From: Fidelibacterota bacterium
Lineage (GTDB): Bacteria > Fidelibacterota > Fidelibacteria > Fidelibacterales > DSDE01
Length of the DNA: 64,000 nucleotides
Assembly: GCA_046735395.1 (NCBI GenBank)
Contig: JBJKQR010000008.1
Location: 1 to 64,000, forward strand
Direction: 5' to 3'
How positions within the stretch are numbered: position 1 is the stretch's first letter; every line of letters begins with the position of its first letter. The notes under the pieces are model-generated. The model saw nothing but the letters and a program-made list of their open reading frames with translations. It ran no database searches and had not been told where the DNA came from. Positions 22,949 to 33,797 of this stretch are shown here, in pieces. The position numbers and the translations under genes are program-made.

Positions 22949-23266
22949 ATGTACGCCTTAGTAGAAATCGCAAAAAAACAATTCAAAGTCCAGAAGGGCG
23001 ATGTAATAAAAGTCCCTTATGCCGGCAGCAGTGAAGCCGGTAGCAGCCTTGAACTGTCGGATGTCCTGCTGGTCAATAATGACACAGACCTGCTCATTGG
23101 TTCACCCTATGTTGAGAGTGCCCGGATCGCCGCAACGGTTAAGGAACACGGACGTGAACGCAAGATTCTTGTGTTCAAGAAGAAACGTCGCAAGGGTTAC
23201 AAGAAAACCATCGGACATCGTCAGTACTTTACGGTGCTGGAAATCAACGACATTCTCATGTCATAA
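22949..23266 (+). CDS. rplU: 50S ribosomal protein L21
   Basis: MYALVEIAKKQFKV, VFKKKRRKGY, GHRQYFT; GGAGG RBS. Confidence 0.97.
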   Translation: MYALVEIAKKQFKVQKGDVIKVPYAGSSEAGSSLELSDVLLVNNDTDLLIGSPYVESARIAATVKEHGRERKILVFKKKRRKGYKKTIGHRQYFTVLEINDILMS

Positions 23267-23287
23267 ACTTTATCCGGAGACACTGAA

Positions 23288-23539
23288 ATGGCACATAAAA
23301 AAGGTCAGGGAAGTATTAAGAACGGCCGGGACAGCCACAGTAAACGTCTTGGTATCAAACGCTATGGTGGAGAAACGGTTACGGGCGGCAGCATTCTGGT
23401 TCGCCAGCGCGGAACCCGGTATTTCCCCGGTGAAAATGTAGGCATCGGCGGAGACGACACCCTCTTTGCAAAAGTGGACGGAACGGTTCAGTTTTCGGTT
23501 TCAAAAGGCCGGAAATTCGTCAATATTCAGCCCCTCTGA
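23288..23539 (+). CDS. rpmA: 50S ribosomal protein L27
   Basis: [27 protein letters not shown]. Confidence 0.98.
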   Translation: MAHKKGQGSIKNGRDSHSKRLGIKRYGGETVTGGSILVRQRGTRYFPGENVGIGGDDTLFAKVDGTVQFSVSKGRKFVNIQPL

Positions 23540-23558
23540 AATCCATTAAAATAATTTC

Positions 23559-23596
23559 AAAGCTCACTATTGTACATTTGATAGTGAGTTTTTTTT
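23559..23596 (+). terminator. Rho-independent terminator after rpmA
   Basis: AAAGCTCACTAT...ATAGTGAGTTTT stem plus T run. Confidence 0.75.
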
Positions 23597-23662
23597 ATTC
23601 TATATTATTATTGTGGAATTAAGACAAGGTAATAAACAGGTAATTTAGTTATAATTAACTAG

Positions 23663-24640
<978 letters not shown>

Positions 24641-24666
24641 TTTCGCAGGATTAGTTTGAAACACGG

Positions 24667-24696
24667 AAGCCCTCTGTTACAGGGGGCTTTTTTTTT
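24667..24696 (+). terminator. Rho-independent terminator after mdh
   Basis: AAGCCCTCTG-TTA-CAGGGGGCTT plus T run. Confidence 0.8.
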
Positions 24697-24705
24697 GAGG
24701 GAATC

Positions 24706-25449
24706 ATGACAGATGTCATCAGTGGAAAAAATGCAATACTGAGCCGGCTGGAATCCGGCCACTCCATTAACCGCATCTGGCTGTCGGAGACGCTGCGGCG
24801 GGATAAGCGGCTGCAGAGAGTTCTGGATCTGGCCGACAGCAACCGGGTGCGTTACAGTTTTTGTGCACGGCCCAAGCTCGATGAACTGGCCGGCGGAACT
24901 CAGCATCAGGGAATGGTTGCGGAAATTCCGCCCTTCGAATATGCCGATGAGGATGTTTTTCTGGTAGGTCTTGCGCGACGAAAAGAGCCGTCTTTACTTG
25001 TCATCGCGGATGGAATCGAAGATCCTCACAATCTGGGCGCAATTATCCGGTCTGCGGCAGCCGCCGGTGCTCAGGGCGTGATCATTCCCCGCCATCGTAC
25101 GGCTCTGGTCAATCAGAGCGTTTTCCGTGCTTCGGCCGGAACGGTGGAATTGATCCCGGTTGTCCGGGTTACGAATATTTCACAGCATATCCGAACCCTG
25201 AAGGACCGGGGTTTCTGGATATACGGGCTGGATGCGGCATCCAAACAGAACTGGGATACGCAGGACTATGCCGAAAAAGCTGCGCTTGTCATCGGAGCCG
25301 AAGGCAAAGGACTGTCGCCCCTGATTCAGAAGAATTGTGATGCCCTCGTCCGGATTCCCATGGCCGGCGGCGTGGAATCGCTTAATGCGTCCGTGAGCGC
25401 AGCGCTGATGATGTATAAAATTCAGGAAAAAAGATCTCTCTTTAAATAA
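24706..25449 (+). CDS. rlmB: 23S rRNA (Gm2251) 2'-O-methyltransferase
   Basis: HQG, DGIEDPHNLGAIIRS, GAEGKG, ESLNASV SPOUT motifs. Confidence 0.93.
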   Translation: MTDVISGKNAILSRLESGHSINRIWLSETLRRDKRLQRVLDLADSNRVRYSFCARPKLDELAGGTQHQGMVAEIPPFEYADEDVFLVGLARRKEPSLLVIADGIEDPHNLGAIIRSAAAAGAQGVIIPRHRTALVNQSVFRASAGTVELIPVVRVTNISQHIRTLKDRGFWIYGLDAASKQNWDTQDYAEKAALVIGAEGKGLSPLIQKNCDALVRIPMAGGVESLNASVSAALMMYKIQEKRSLFK

Positions 25450-25470
25450 TCCCGATCAATAATCTTTTCC

Positions 25471-27015
25471 TTACTTTTCCGGCGTACGCAGCGTATCAGG
25501 TTCGACAGTGGCCCGGAAGGGGCGTTTGAGGTTGGCCAGCGCCACGAGCGCCCTGTCTGTGATGGCGTCCGTATCCGAGGAATTATGCAGGTGTCCGTTG
25601 ATGAGGAAGGAAAAGCTCAGATCTTCACCGTCGGCGGTGGTAACGTAGCCGGACATGCCCCGTACATTGGCGATGGTACCGGTCTTCCCGTGGACATTAT
25701 TTTCCGCCCGGGTTCCGCGCATACGCCGGCGCAGCGTTCCGTCAATCCCCGCGTAGGTGAGCGCGGTCTGCCATACCTGTGAATCCTTTCCGAAGTACAT
25801 GGACCGCAGAATGGTATTGATCTCCCGGGGTGATACATAATTATAGCGGGACAGGCCCGATCCGTCCACATAGCGGTAGCTGCCCTTTTCGATTCCCATA
25901 TCGCCCAGAACATTCTGCACCACAACCCGTCCGGAGTCAAAGGAGCCGATGCCTTTGAATTCAAAGCCCATGGCCCGAACCAGTGTTTCGGCATAGAGAT
26001 TCTGGCTGGGCTTCATGAGCTTTTTCAGAATTTCACTCAGGGGCGGGCTGGCAATATTCAGCAGCGTATCGGTGGCAATGAGGCGATCGGCGGATATTTC
26101 ATCGCAGTCCAGTGCTATTCCGGATACGGAAATGCCGACCGAATCAAGCGTTTCAAGAAAAACCTGTGTATAAAACAGCGTGGGATTATGAAGCGTGGGT
26201 GCCACTTCCAGCGTATCACTTCCGATGGTGAGCGTTCCGCTGAAGGTGATGACATTCATATCTGCATCTCTGTTATAGCGAATGCGGTTGCGGCCGGAAT
26301 CCTGAAGCACGATTTCATTTTTCAGCGTGTAATAGCCGCTGGGCGTGGAGGGGATCAGCTGAATGGAACCGGTAGAATCGGAGGGTGCGATGATCCGTAC
26401 ATCAATATAATTCTCATTGATCTGCAAGGGGCCGATTTCCGGGGCATAATAATTATTGAAATAATCCCAGGACCAGCCGTTTCCGCGTGTTTCGTCATCC
26501 CAGGCGTTGTCATCGCCGATAATATCTCCGTCAATATGTGTAATGCCGAGAGACTTCAGGCTGTCGGCCCAGAGAAAGAATTTTTCGCGAGGGTCATCAT
26601 AGAACCGGGTATAAAGGGTGGGATCACCGTCGCTGCGGAGAACCAGGTCTCCTTTGTAGGTGCTGTTGTCGCGCTGTCCGTTTCCGCAGATGGTGGTCGT
26701 GAAGTGAAAATCCGGGCCCAGGGAACTGAGCGCGGCCGACGCGGTCAGCAGTTTGTTATTGGATGCCGGCATAAAAACCTTGTCCGGCTGGTACTGATAC
26801 CAGATTTTGCCGGTTTTCAGAGATTGGATGATGACGCCCCATTGCGCTTCCGCAAAATAGGGGTCATGAAAAAGATGGTCAATATAATGCACGGTAAGAG
26901 CCTTGCTGTGTTCGGGTTTGTCCTGAATGCGTTCGTGAATTACGACAGGTTTTGTACAGGATGTGATCAGAGCGGCGAGTGCGATAAGGGGAAGAGTCCA
27001 TCTGAAATTTGTCAT
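25471..27015 (-). CDS. dacB: D-Ala-D-Ala carboxypeptidase/endopeptidase PBP4 (S13), lipoprotein
   Basis: PASNNK (SxxK), SQN, DGSGLSRYN, KTGT; lipobox ITSC. Confidence 0.93.
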   Translation of the reverse strand: MTNFRWTLPLIALAALITSCTKPVVIHERIQDKPEHSKALTVHYIDHLFHDPYFAEAQWGVIIQSLKTGKIWYQYQPDKVFMPASNNKLLTASAALSSLGPDFHFTTTICGNGQRDNSTYKGDLVLRSDGDPTLYTRFYDDPREKFFLWADSLKSLGITHIDGDIIGDDNAWDDETRGNGWSWDYFNNYYAPEIGPLQINENYIDVRIIAPSDSTGSIQLIPSTPSGYYTLKNEIVLQDSGRNRIRYNRDADMNVITFSGTLTIGSDTLEVAPTLHNPTLFYTQVFLETLDSVGISVSGIALDCDEISADRLIATDTLLNIASPPLSEILKKLMKPSQNLYAETLVRAMGFEFKGIGSFDSGRVVVQNVLGDMGIEKGSYRYVDGSGLSRYNYVSPREINTILRSMYFGKDSQVWQTALTYAGIDGTLRRRMRGTRAENNVHGKTGTIANVRGMSGYVTTADGEDLSFSFLINGHLHNSSDTDAITDRALVALANLKRPFRATVEPDTLRTPEK

Positions 27016-27067
27016 TGTTTACCTCATGAATTGATCCGTTAAGTTACAATAATCAGGTCCATAAACC

Positions 27068-27109
27068 AAAAAGACTTGCTGACGCATCAGGACGAAACGC
27101 CAGCAAGTC
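27068..27109 (-). terminator. Terminator downstream of the minus-strand pepF
   Basis: GACTTGCTG...CAGCAAGTC stem followed by T5 on the minus strand. Confidence 0.6.
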
Positions 27110-27132
27110 ACTGCAGATGAGACTTCTGCGGA

Positions 27133-29016
27133 TTATTTGCCGCGGCTGTCCAGAATTTTTTCGATTTCATCCATGGCCCGGTTCATGGCGCACATGGTCT
27201 GATCGAAGGGTTCGGAACTGAGCATGTCAATGCCGGCATCCTTCAGAACATTGATGGGATAATCTGATCCACCGGCTGAGAGGAATTTCATCACATTCTC
27301 GACGGCGCCCTTTTCATTGTTGATGATTTTCTCGGAAAGGGCCGTGGAGGCCGTGAAGCTGGTTGCATACTGATAGACATAATAATTATAGTAAAAGTGA
27401 GGAATATAGCTCCACTCCAGATTGCATTCGTCGGGAATGATGCAGACACCCTTGTCATGGCCGTAATATTTGCGGACGATTTCCTTGTACAGCTCCGTGA
27501 AGCTTTCGCCGGTCAGGGCCTGGCCTTTTTCAGCCATCAGGTGTGTTTTCAGCTCAAATTCCGCAAACTGCGTCTGCCGCCAGAAGGTACCCTTCACGCC
27601 ATCCAGATAATTCATGAGCAGGGCCAGCTTCACATCATCATTCTTTACATCCTTCAGCACCGTATTCATGAGCAAGGCTTCATTCAGCGTGGAGGCGACT
27701 TCCGCTACAAAGATACTGTAGTCCGCCATGGGATAGGGCTGGGTTTTATTGGAGAAATAGCTGTGCATGCTGTGGCCGAGTTCGTGAGCGATGGTACTTA
27801 CATCATTATATTTCCCGTTGAAATTGGTGAGAATATAGGGATGAACATCCACAATGGACCCGTTTGAATAGGCGCCGCTGCGTTTGCCGGCCGTAGCGGG
27901 AAAATCAATCCAGCGATCATCAAAGGCCTTCTTCACCGTTTTCACATATTCGCGGCCCATGGGCTTGAGACTTTTCAGAACCAGCTCCTTCGCTTCGTCA
28001 AGGCTGTAGTCCAGATCAACGCTGCCGACACAGGGCGCATAGAGATCATAATAATACAGCGTGTCGACACCCAGCATGCGCTGTTTCAGTTTGAGATAGC
28101 GCTGAAAGGTTTCCAGATTGCTGTTCACATTGTCAACGAGGCTCATATATACATCGGTGTCAATATTATTGCGATCAAGGGCCGCTTCCAGTGTATTGTC
28201 ATAATTTCTGACATTGGCGTAGAAAATATCCTTTTTCAGATTGGCGTAAAGATCTTCGCCCAATGTCAGCTGAAATTTTCCCAGAGCGGACCAGAAGCTG
28301 TCGTAGACTTTTTTCCGGTCATCCCGGTTCGGCAGCGCGCGGTAGAGATTGTAACCGGACAGGTCCAGCGTCACCGTGTCGCCGTTGCTGAGCGTCACGT
28401 CCGGATAGGGAAGTTCAGCATTGATGAAGGTGGAAAAGATGCTGGAGGCGGATCCGGACATGAGTCCGGCCTGAGCGACAATTTTTTCCTCTTTTTCAGA
28501 CAGCGTGTGGGCGCGGGTTCTCTGCAGATCACCCAGGTACATTTTATAGTCCTGAAGCCCCTTATTATTCGCGATGAATCCGGCCAGTGTCTCCGGATTG
28601 ATCTCAAGAATCTCCGGCTCGATGAAGCTGGCCATAGTGGAATAATCCGTACCGACTTTGGCAATTTCCTTTTCCATGGCGCTGTATTTCGCGATCCGCG
28701 TATCCTGGTCATTTTTCATGGACGCATAGGAAGACAGACGAATATAGGTTTTGAGGAGCTCCGAATTGGTTTTCAGGCAGTTCAGAAGATCTTCGGGCGA
28801 CGTGGCCAGTGTGCCGCGAAATTCGGGAATCTTCTGAATTTTTTCAGCAAGATCGTTCTTTGCAGCTTCCCAGGCTTCGTCGGAGGGGTAAATGTCGGTT
28901 AGATTCCAGGTATCCTCGGTTTTTACATTATCCCGTTCAAGGGATTTTGCCGATGCGGGCTCGCTATTCAGCACCATCAGCAGGGATGCAGTCATTATCG
29001 TCATAAGCGTTTTCAC
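27133..29016 (-). CDS. pepF: Oligoendopeptidase F (M3B) with predicted Sec signal peptide
   Basis: WNLTDIY, GKRSGAYS, HELGHSMH, AEVAST, IPHFY; GTG start after AAGGAG inferred; hydrophobic N-terminus ending ASA. Confidence 0.93.
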   Translation of the reverse strand: MKTLMTIMTASLLMVLNSEPASAKSLERDNVKTEDTWNLTDIYPSDEAWEAAKNDLAEKIQKIPEFRGTLATSPEDLLNCLKTNSELLKTYIRLSSYASMKNDQDTRIAKYSAMEKEIAKVGTDYSTMASFIEPEILEINPETLAGFIANNKGLQDYKMYLGDLQRTRAHTLSEKEEKIVAQAGLMSGSASSIFSTFINAELPYPDVTLSNGDTVTLDLSGYNLYRALPNRDDRKKVYDSFWSALGKFQLTLGEDLYANLKKDIFYANVRNYDNTLEAALDRNNIDTDVYMSLVDNVNSNLETFQRYLKLKQRMLGVDTLYYYDLYAPCVGSVDLDYSLDEAKELVLKSLKPMGREYVKTVKKAFDDRWIDFPATAGKRSGAYSNGSIVDVHPYILTNFNGKYNDVSTIAHELGHSMHSYFSNKTQPYPMADYSIFVAEVASTLNEALLMNTVLKDVKNDDVKLALLMNYLDGVKGTFWRQTQFAEFELKTHLMAEKGQALTGESFTELYKEIVRKYYGHDKGVCIIPDECNLEWSYIPHFYYNYYVYQYATSFTASTALSEKIINNEKGAVENVMKFLSAGGSDYPINVLKDAGIDMLSSEPFDQTMCAMNRAMDEIEKILDSRGK

Positions 29017-29151
29017 CAATCCGGCTCCTTTTCTTAATCTGGTTTTCAGGGCGACAGCCCCGTTTTCTGCTGAATTTACGGAAAAGATCACGAAAACTGC
29101 ACATTTTCTCGGGAATTAAGCGTCGGGTATTGAGATACGGTTCCGGACCGG

Positions 29152-29928
29152 TCAGGGTCCGGACTGAAGACAGGATTCCTGAACCCAGCCCACACGGCCA
29201 TCATCGGATTCCACAAACAGGTAGGGCCCCATGCTTGAAAGAACGAATACCGTGTCGCCGGCCCGAAACGAAGTCGTGTCGGAAGAGATGCCGGGCCGGG
29301 CGCTCGCTTTGCAGTTATGGATGATGAGAGCCGGGATGCGGGATGGGGCCGGGCATTCCTCGATTTGAATATTCTTGAAATGAGTGTAATAGGGCCGGGT
29401 CAGTTTATCATTCTGAAGCAGGCGAAGAAATTTTGAGGATAAATACCGATAGGGCCGGGTACGCCAGCTTTCGTCGTGGCTTGGCCCGATTTGCCGGGGG
29501 CATTTGAAGAGAGGATATTCCGGTGTGTTCGGAAGGGGTTGGAGTGATATGCGGAGGGCCATTCCGGTTGTGCAGCCTGCAGAATTCAGAATATGGTCCC
29601 GGCAGTTCACAGGGCCGGTAATCAGATCGTTTGCTCTGTGGGGGGAAAGACTGCGGAAGAGGATTCCGCCGTATTCCGCAGAGGATTTGTCACCACGGGA
29701 GGGAAAGGCCAGATCAAATCCGAACTGATGAAAGTAAAAGGAACCGGCCTGGCATTGACGGGGAAGCACGGAGGGATCGGGATGAAGCCGGGAATGATAA
29801 TAATACAGTTCGGCTTCATGAATATCCCAGGGCTGATCATTAATAATCAGAACCCGCTGCACCATCAGTTCGTGAAACAGCCGGGGCGTCAGCCCGTGAT
29901 GAAAATGATTCAGGATAAAGGACAGCAC
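29152..29928 (-). CDS. Hypothetical protein: methylpurine-DNA-glycosylase (MPG/AAG)-like domain plus C-terminal SH3-like domain
   Basis: EAELYY, HPDP, GSFYFH, GGILFRSL, ITGP, RPYRY ordered as in MPG; tail FRAGDTVFVL...GRVGWV. Confidence 0.5.
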   Translation of the reverse strand: MLSFILNHFHHGLTPRLFHELMVQRVLIINDQPWDIHEAELYYYHSRLHPDPSVLPRQCQAGSFYFHQFGFDLAFPSRGDKSSAEYGGILFRSLSPHRANDLITGPVNCRDHILNSAGCTTGMALRISLQPLPNTPEYPLFKCPRQIGPSHDESWRTRPYRYLSSKFLRLLQNDKLTRPYYTHFKNIQIEECPAPSRIPALIIHNCKASARPGISSDTTSFRAGDTVFVLSSMGPYLFVESDDGRVGWVQESCLQSGP

Positions 29929-30022
29929 TGAGATCGGCCTCCTGCCGTGAATGATCCTCTGTAAATCAATATAGATGAAAATCAGGCAGAGGACAATGGC
30001 TATAACCTATTAATCGGGGGCG

Positions 30023-30054
30023 AAAAAAAACCCCGGCTCGGGGAAGAACCGGGG
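30023..30054 (-). terminator. Terminator downstream of ahpC
   Basis: CCCCGG...CCGGGG stem followed by T8 on the minus strand. Confidence 0.7.
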
Positions 30055-30114
30055 CCAGGACTCATGGAAGGGGGAAGATATTCATAAAGTCCTGAGAATA
30101 GAAACAGGAGAAAA

Positions 30115-30699
30115 TCAGGCGTGACGGCTGAAGTAGTCCTTTGACCTGACCGGATCGGGAACCATGGTGTCGTCACCCTTGTTCCAGCCGGCCGGACAGA
30201 CCTCGCCATGCTTTTCCGTAAACTGCAGCGCATCCACGACGCGAAGCGTCTCATCCACATTTCGGCCGCAGTCCAGGTTGTTTACGGTAATATGCTGCAG
30301 TTTTCCGTCCTTGTCGATCAGGAAGGTCCCGCGCAGGGCCATGCCGCCATCGAGGAGCACATCATAGGCTTCCGCCACATGTTTGTTGAAATCTGCGATG
30401 AGCGGGAAACGGATATCTCCGATTCCGCCCTGGGAAACGGGTGTGTTTTTCCAGGCCAGATGAGAAAATTTTGAATCGGTGGAGACACCGACGACCTGGA
30501 CATTCCGTTTTTCAAATTCGTCAAGCTTCCGGTTGAATTCAAGAATTTCGGTAGGGCAAACAAAGGTGAAATCCAGCGGATAGAAAAACAGAACGACATA
30601 TTTTCCCTTGTAATCCTCAAGAGAAATCTGTTTGAATTCCTGTCCGATAACGGCGGTTTCGTTGAATATGGGTGCGGGTTGTGTAACTTTAAGACTCAT
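30115..30699 (-). CDS. ahpC: 2-Cys peroxiredoxin (AhpC/TSA)
   Basis: [13 protein letters not shown] and EVCPAGW. Confidence 0.95.
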   Translation of the reverse strand: MSLKVTQPAPIFNETAVIGQEFKQISLEDYKGKYVVLFFYPLDFTFVCPTEILEFNRKLDEFEKRNVQVVGVSTDSKFSHLAWKNTPVSQGGIGDIRFPLIADFNKHVAEAYDVLLDGGMALRGTFLIDKDGKLQHITVNNLDCGRNVDETLRVVDALQFTEKHGEVCPAGWNKGDDTMVPDPVRSKDYFSRHA

Positions 30700-30705
30700 T
30701 TTAGT

Positions 30706-31095
30706 CTAGCCTCCTTGATTTAAGCATTTTGAACAGACACCAAAGAACTGAAGATCCGTCCGATCCACGCGATGACCTTCTTCGCGGATGAGATCCATGG
30801 AAATTTTTGGCAAGGGCAGATCACTGATCTCATCACAGAGAGTGCAGATGAAATGAGTATGTGCCGCGGGATTTGCATCATAATGGGAAATATTCCGTTC
30901 GCTGAGAATTTCGACAACGAGGCCGTCCTCCACAAGCTGATTCAGATTGCGGTAAATGGTGCCGAGAGAAACCTGCGGAAGGGATTTCCGAACTTCCTGA
31001 AAAACCCAGTCAGCCGTAGGATGAGAGGTTGTGCTCATGAGCACATCATACACGGCGGTCTTCTGTTTTGTCTGACGTCTGTTTTCTTTTTCCAT
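30706..31095 (-). CDS. perR: Fur-family regulator, PerR-like
   Basis: HPTA, SLGTIYRNL, HTHFICTLC, CSKC; co-oriented with ahpC. Confidence 0.85.
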   Translation of the reverse strand: MEKENRRQTKQKTAVYDVLMSTTSHPTADWVFQEVRKSLPQVSLGTIYRNLNQLVEDGLVVEILSERNISHYDANPAAHTHFICTLCDEISDLPLPKISMDLIREEGHRVDRTDLQFFGVCSKCLNQGG

Positions 31096-31099
31096 GTAC

Positions 31100-31129
31100 A
31101 ATAATAGTAATTATTATTATTAAGCGCAA
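31100..31129 (-). promoter_or_regulatory. perR promoter overlapped by PerR/Fur-like operator
   Basis: Minus strand TTGCGC-17-TATTAT-5-ATG; 22-bp palindrome AATAATAGTAA/TTATTATTATT at 31100-31121. Confidence 0.65.
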
Positions 31130-31288
31130 GAGATTTTCATGTTTTTTTAATTATTTATGTTTATGTCCTAAAAAAAGGCCTTTCAGGCCCATAGATATGA
31201 AAATTATTCTAACGTGGTATCCATGTATTTGTTAAATTCGAGTCAATGAAAAACTATCATTATAACGTAGAAAAATGGTGAGTTGGGT

Positions 31289-32635
31289 ATGGCAAAAGTG
31301 AAAATCAGAAAGGGATTTGACATCAGAATCGCGGGCGCAGCCGAAAAGACGGCCGTTGATCTGCCGAATCCCAGAATGGTTGGCCTGGTTCCTCCGGATT
31401 TTCGGGGAATCAAGGTCAAGCTGCTGAAGAAGGAAGGCGATGCGGTCAAAGCCGGAACCCCGGTGTATTTTGACAAGGATCATCCCGAAGTAAAGTTCGC
31501 CTCCCCGGTCAGCGGAAAAATCAGACACATTGAGTATGGTGCGCGGAGAGTCATTCAGAGTATTGCCATTGATGTTGATGAAAAGGGTGAAAGCGAAGAA
31601 TTCCGCCACTTTACGGCGGAGGAGCTGAAGACCGCCGATGTGGAAGAGCTGAAGAGCGCGCTTCTGAACGCCGGCCTCTGGCCCCATCTTCGTCAGCGCC
31701 CCTTCAACAAGATTGCCGCGCCGGACGGCAAGGCGAAGGCGATATTCATTTCTCTTCTGGACACGGCGCCTCTGGCCGCAGACCCGGAATTTCTTCTGGA
31801 GGGACGGATTGCAGAGTTTCAGCAGGGTATTGACATTCTCGGACGACTGACGGACGGGAAAGTCCATGTCACGGTGAAACGCGGTTCTGCATTGAGTTCG
31901 ACGCTGAAGAATTGTGAGGTGCATGAGTTCCGCGGGCCGCATCCGGCCGGAAACGTGGGAATTCATATTCATCATGTGGATCCGATCCGCCGCGGCGAGA
32001 CGGTCTGGACAATGGCCGCCCAGGGCGTTCTGGCCTGGGCCGAATTTTTCCTCAACGGCCGCTATCCGGCCACACGGCTGGTGGCAATGGCCGGGACGGG
32101 GCTGAGCGAACGCCGCTATGTCCGGGCTACAGAGGGTATGATGATCCGGGACATGGTGAATGGTGGGACCACGACAGATGATGTCCGTTTTATTTCGGGC
32201 AATATTCTCACCGGAAGCCGTCGCCGGGTTGAAGGGTTTATCGGATTTTACGACAACCTGCTGTCCGTTATTCCCGAAGGACGGAAACGGCGCTTTCTGG
32301 GCTGGATCTGGCCGGGACTGAAATCCTTCAGTTTTTCGAAGACCTTTCTATCTGCCCTGGTGCCGCTGAAAAGCTATAATCTGGATACCAATACAAATGG
32401 CGGCCTGAGGGCCTTTGTACAGACGGGTATTTTTGAACAGGTGCTTCCCATGGACATATATCCTGATTTTCTGATCCGCTCCATCCTTGCCGAAGATATT
32501 GCCGAGATGGAAGGACTGGGGATCTACGAAGTCTGTGAAGAGGATTTTGCACTCTGTTCCTATATTGATCCGTCCAAGAATGATGTGTGCGGAATTATCC
32601 GGCATGGTCTCGAACTTATAGAAAAAGAGGGTTAG
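31289..32635 (+). CDS. nqrA: Na+-translocating NADH:quinone oxidoreductase subunit A
   Basis: IRKGFDI..AG, FASPVSG, GPHPAGNVG, EEDFALCSYIDPSK. Confidence 0.95.
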   Translation: MAKVKIRKGFDIRIAGAAEKTAVDLPNPRMVGLVPPDFRGIKVKLLKKEGDAVKAGTPVYFDKDHPEVKFASPVSGKIRHIEYGARRVIQSIAIDVDEKGESEEFRHFTAEELKTADVEELKSALLNAGLWPHLRQRPFNKIAAPDGKAKAIFISLLDTAPLAADPEFLLEGRIAEFQQGIDILGRLTDGKVHVTVKRGSALSSTLKNCEVHEFRGPHPAGNVGIHIHHVDPIRRGETVWTMAAQGVLAWAEFFLNGRYPATRLVAMAGTGLSERRYVRATEGMMIRDMVNGGTTTDDVRFISGNILTGSRRRVEGFIGFYDNLLSVIPEGRKRRFLGWIWPGLKSFSFSKTFLSALVPLKSYNLDTNTNGGLRAFVQTGIFEQVLPMDIYPDFLIRSILAEDIAEMEGLGIYEVCEEDFALCSYIDPSKNDVCGIIRHGLELIEKEG

Positions 32636-32639
32636 GCCA

Positions 32640-33797
32640 GTGAAAGGATTAGAAAAACTTCTGAAAAAAATAGAGCCGCATGTCTCGAAGGGAGGAAAAT
32701 ACCAGATTCTGTTTCCTCTCTATGAGGTTGTGGACACCTTATTGCTTACATCGGCCGAAGTGACAGGCTCCCGGCCTCATGTCAGAGATAAAATCGACCT
32801 GAAGCGCCTCATGTCCATGGTCATCATCGCCCTGTTGCCGGCGCTGTTTTTCGGTGCCTACAATGTGGGCGCGCAGGCCATGATTGCCGAGGGAAAGAGC
32901 GTTCTGTTCTGGGCGGCCTTCAGCCGCGGCTTCATGAAAATTCTTCCCATCATCGTCGTGTCCTATGCCGTGGGCGGCTTCTGGGAAGTGCTCTTTGCCA
33001 TCGTGAGAAAACACGAAGTGAACGAGGGCTTCTTTGTAACGGGCCTCCTGTTTCCTCTGGTGCTCCCGCCGACCATACCTCTCTGGCAGGTGGCAATCGG
33101 AATCAGTTTCGGCGTGGTCATCGGTAAGGAAGTCTTCGGCGGAACCGGCATGAATGTATTGAATCCGGCTCTCGTCGGCCGGGCCTTTCTCTTCTTTGCC
33201 TATCCGGGCAATATCAGCGGAGACAAGGTCTGGGTCATCAGCGACGCCTTTACCGGAGCCACACCTCTCTCCGTCGCGGCATCCACGCCGGGGGGCCATT
33301 CGGTGGTCCAGTATCTCATGAATGCCCACTATTCACTCAGTACTCTCTTTTATGGAAATCATGCCGGAAGTATCGGAGAAACGTCCACCCTTGCCATTCT
33401 CATCGGAGCGGCCTTTCTGCTGCTGACCCGAACGGCAAACTGGCGTATCATGATCGCCGTACTCATCGGTACACTGGGAACGTCAGAGATTTTCTATCTG
33501 GCCGGATCCACAACGAATGCCATGTTTTCCATGCCTCCCTACTATCATCTGTTTCTGGGCGGCTTCATGTTCGGGACGGTCTTCATGGCCACGGACCCGG
33601 TTTCGGCGGCAGCCACCCGGAAGGGCATGTGGTTTTACGGGATTCTCATCGGCGCCATGGTCGTCCTCATCCGCACCGTCAATCCGGCCTATCCCGAGGG
33701 CATGATGCTGGCTATCCTGTTCGGAAACGTGTTCGCACCGCTCTTCGATTACTTCGTGGTACGGGCCAATATCAATAGGAGGATGAAACGTGCATAG
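32640..33797 (+). CDS. nqrB: Na+-NQR subunit B
   Basis: HVRD.IDLKR, KEVFGGTG, FMN site TGATPL, GSIGETS, MATDPVS. Confidence 0.95.
   Translation: MKGLEKLLKKIEPHVSKGGKYQILFPLYEVVDTLLLTSAEVTGSRPHVRDKIDLKRLMSMVIIALLPALFFGAYNVGAQAMIAEGKSVLFWAAFSRGFMKILPIIVVSYAVGGFWEVLFAIVRKHEVNEGFFVTGLLFPLVLPPTIPLWQVAIGISFGVVIGKEVFGGTGMNVLNPALVGRAFLFFAYPGNISGDKVWVISDAFTGATPLSVAASTPGGHSVVQYLMNAHYSLSTLFYGNHAGSIGETSTLAILIGAAFLLLTRTANWRIMIAVLIGTLGTSEIFYLAGSTTNAMFSMPPYYHLFLGGFMFGTVFMATDPVSAAATRKGMWFYGILIGAMVVLIRTVNPAYPEGMMLAILFGNVFAPLFDYFVVRANINRRMKRA

Noticed and set aside
31245..31261. AATGA-7-TCATT Fur-like motif upstream of nqrA
   Set aside because: Spacing differs from the Fur box and short AT-rich inverted repeats are expected by chance
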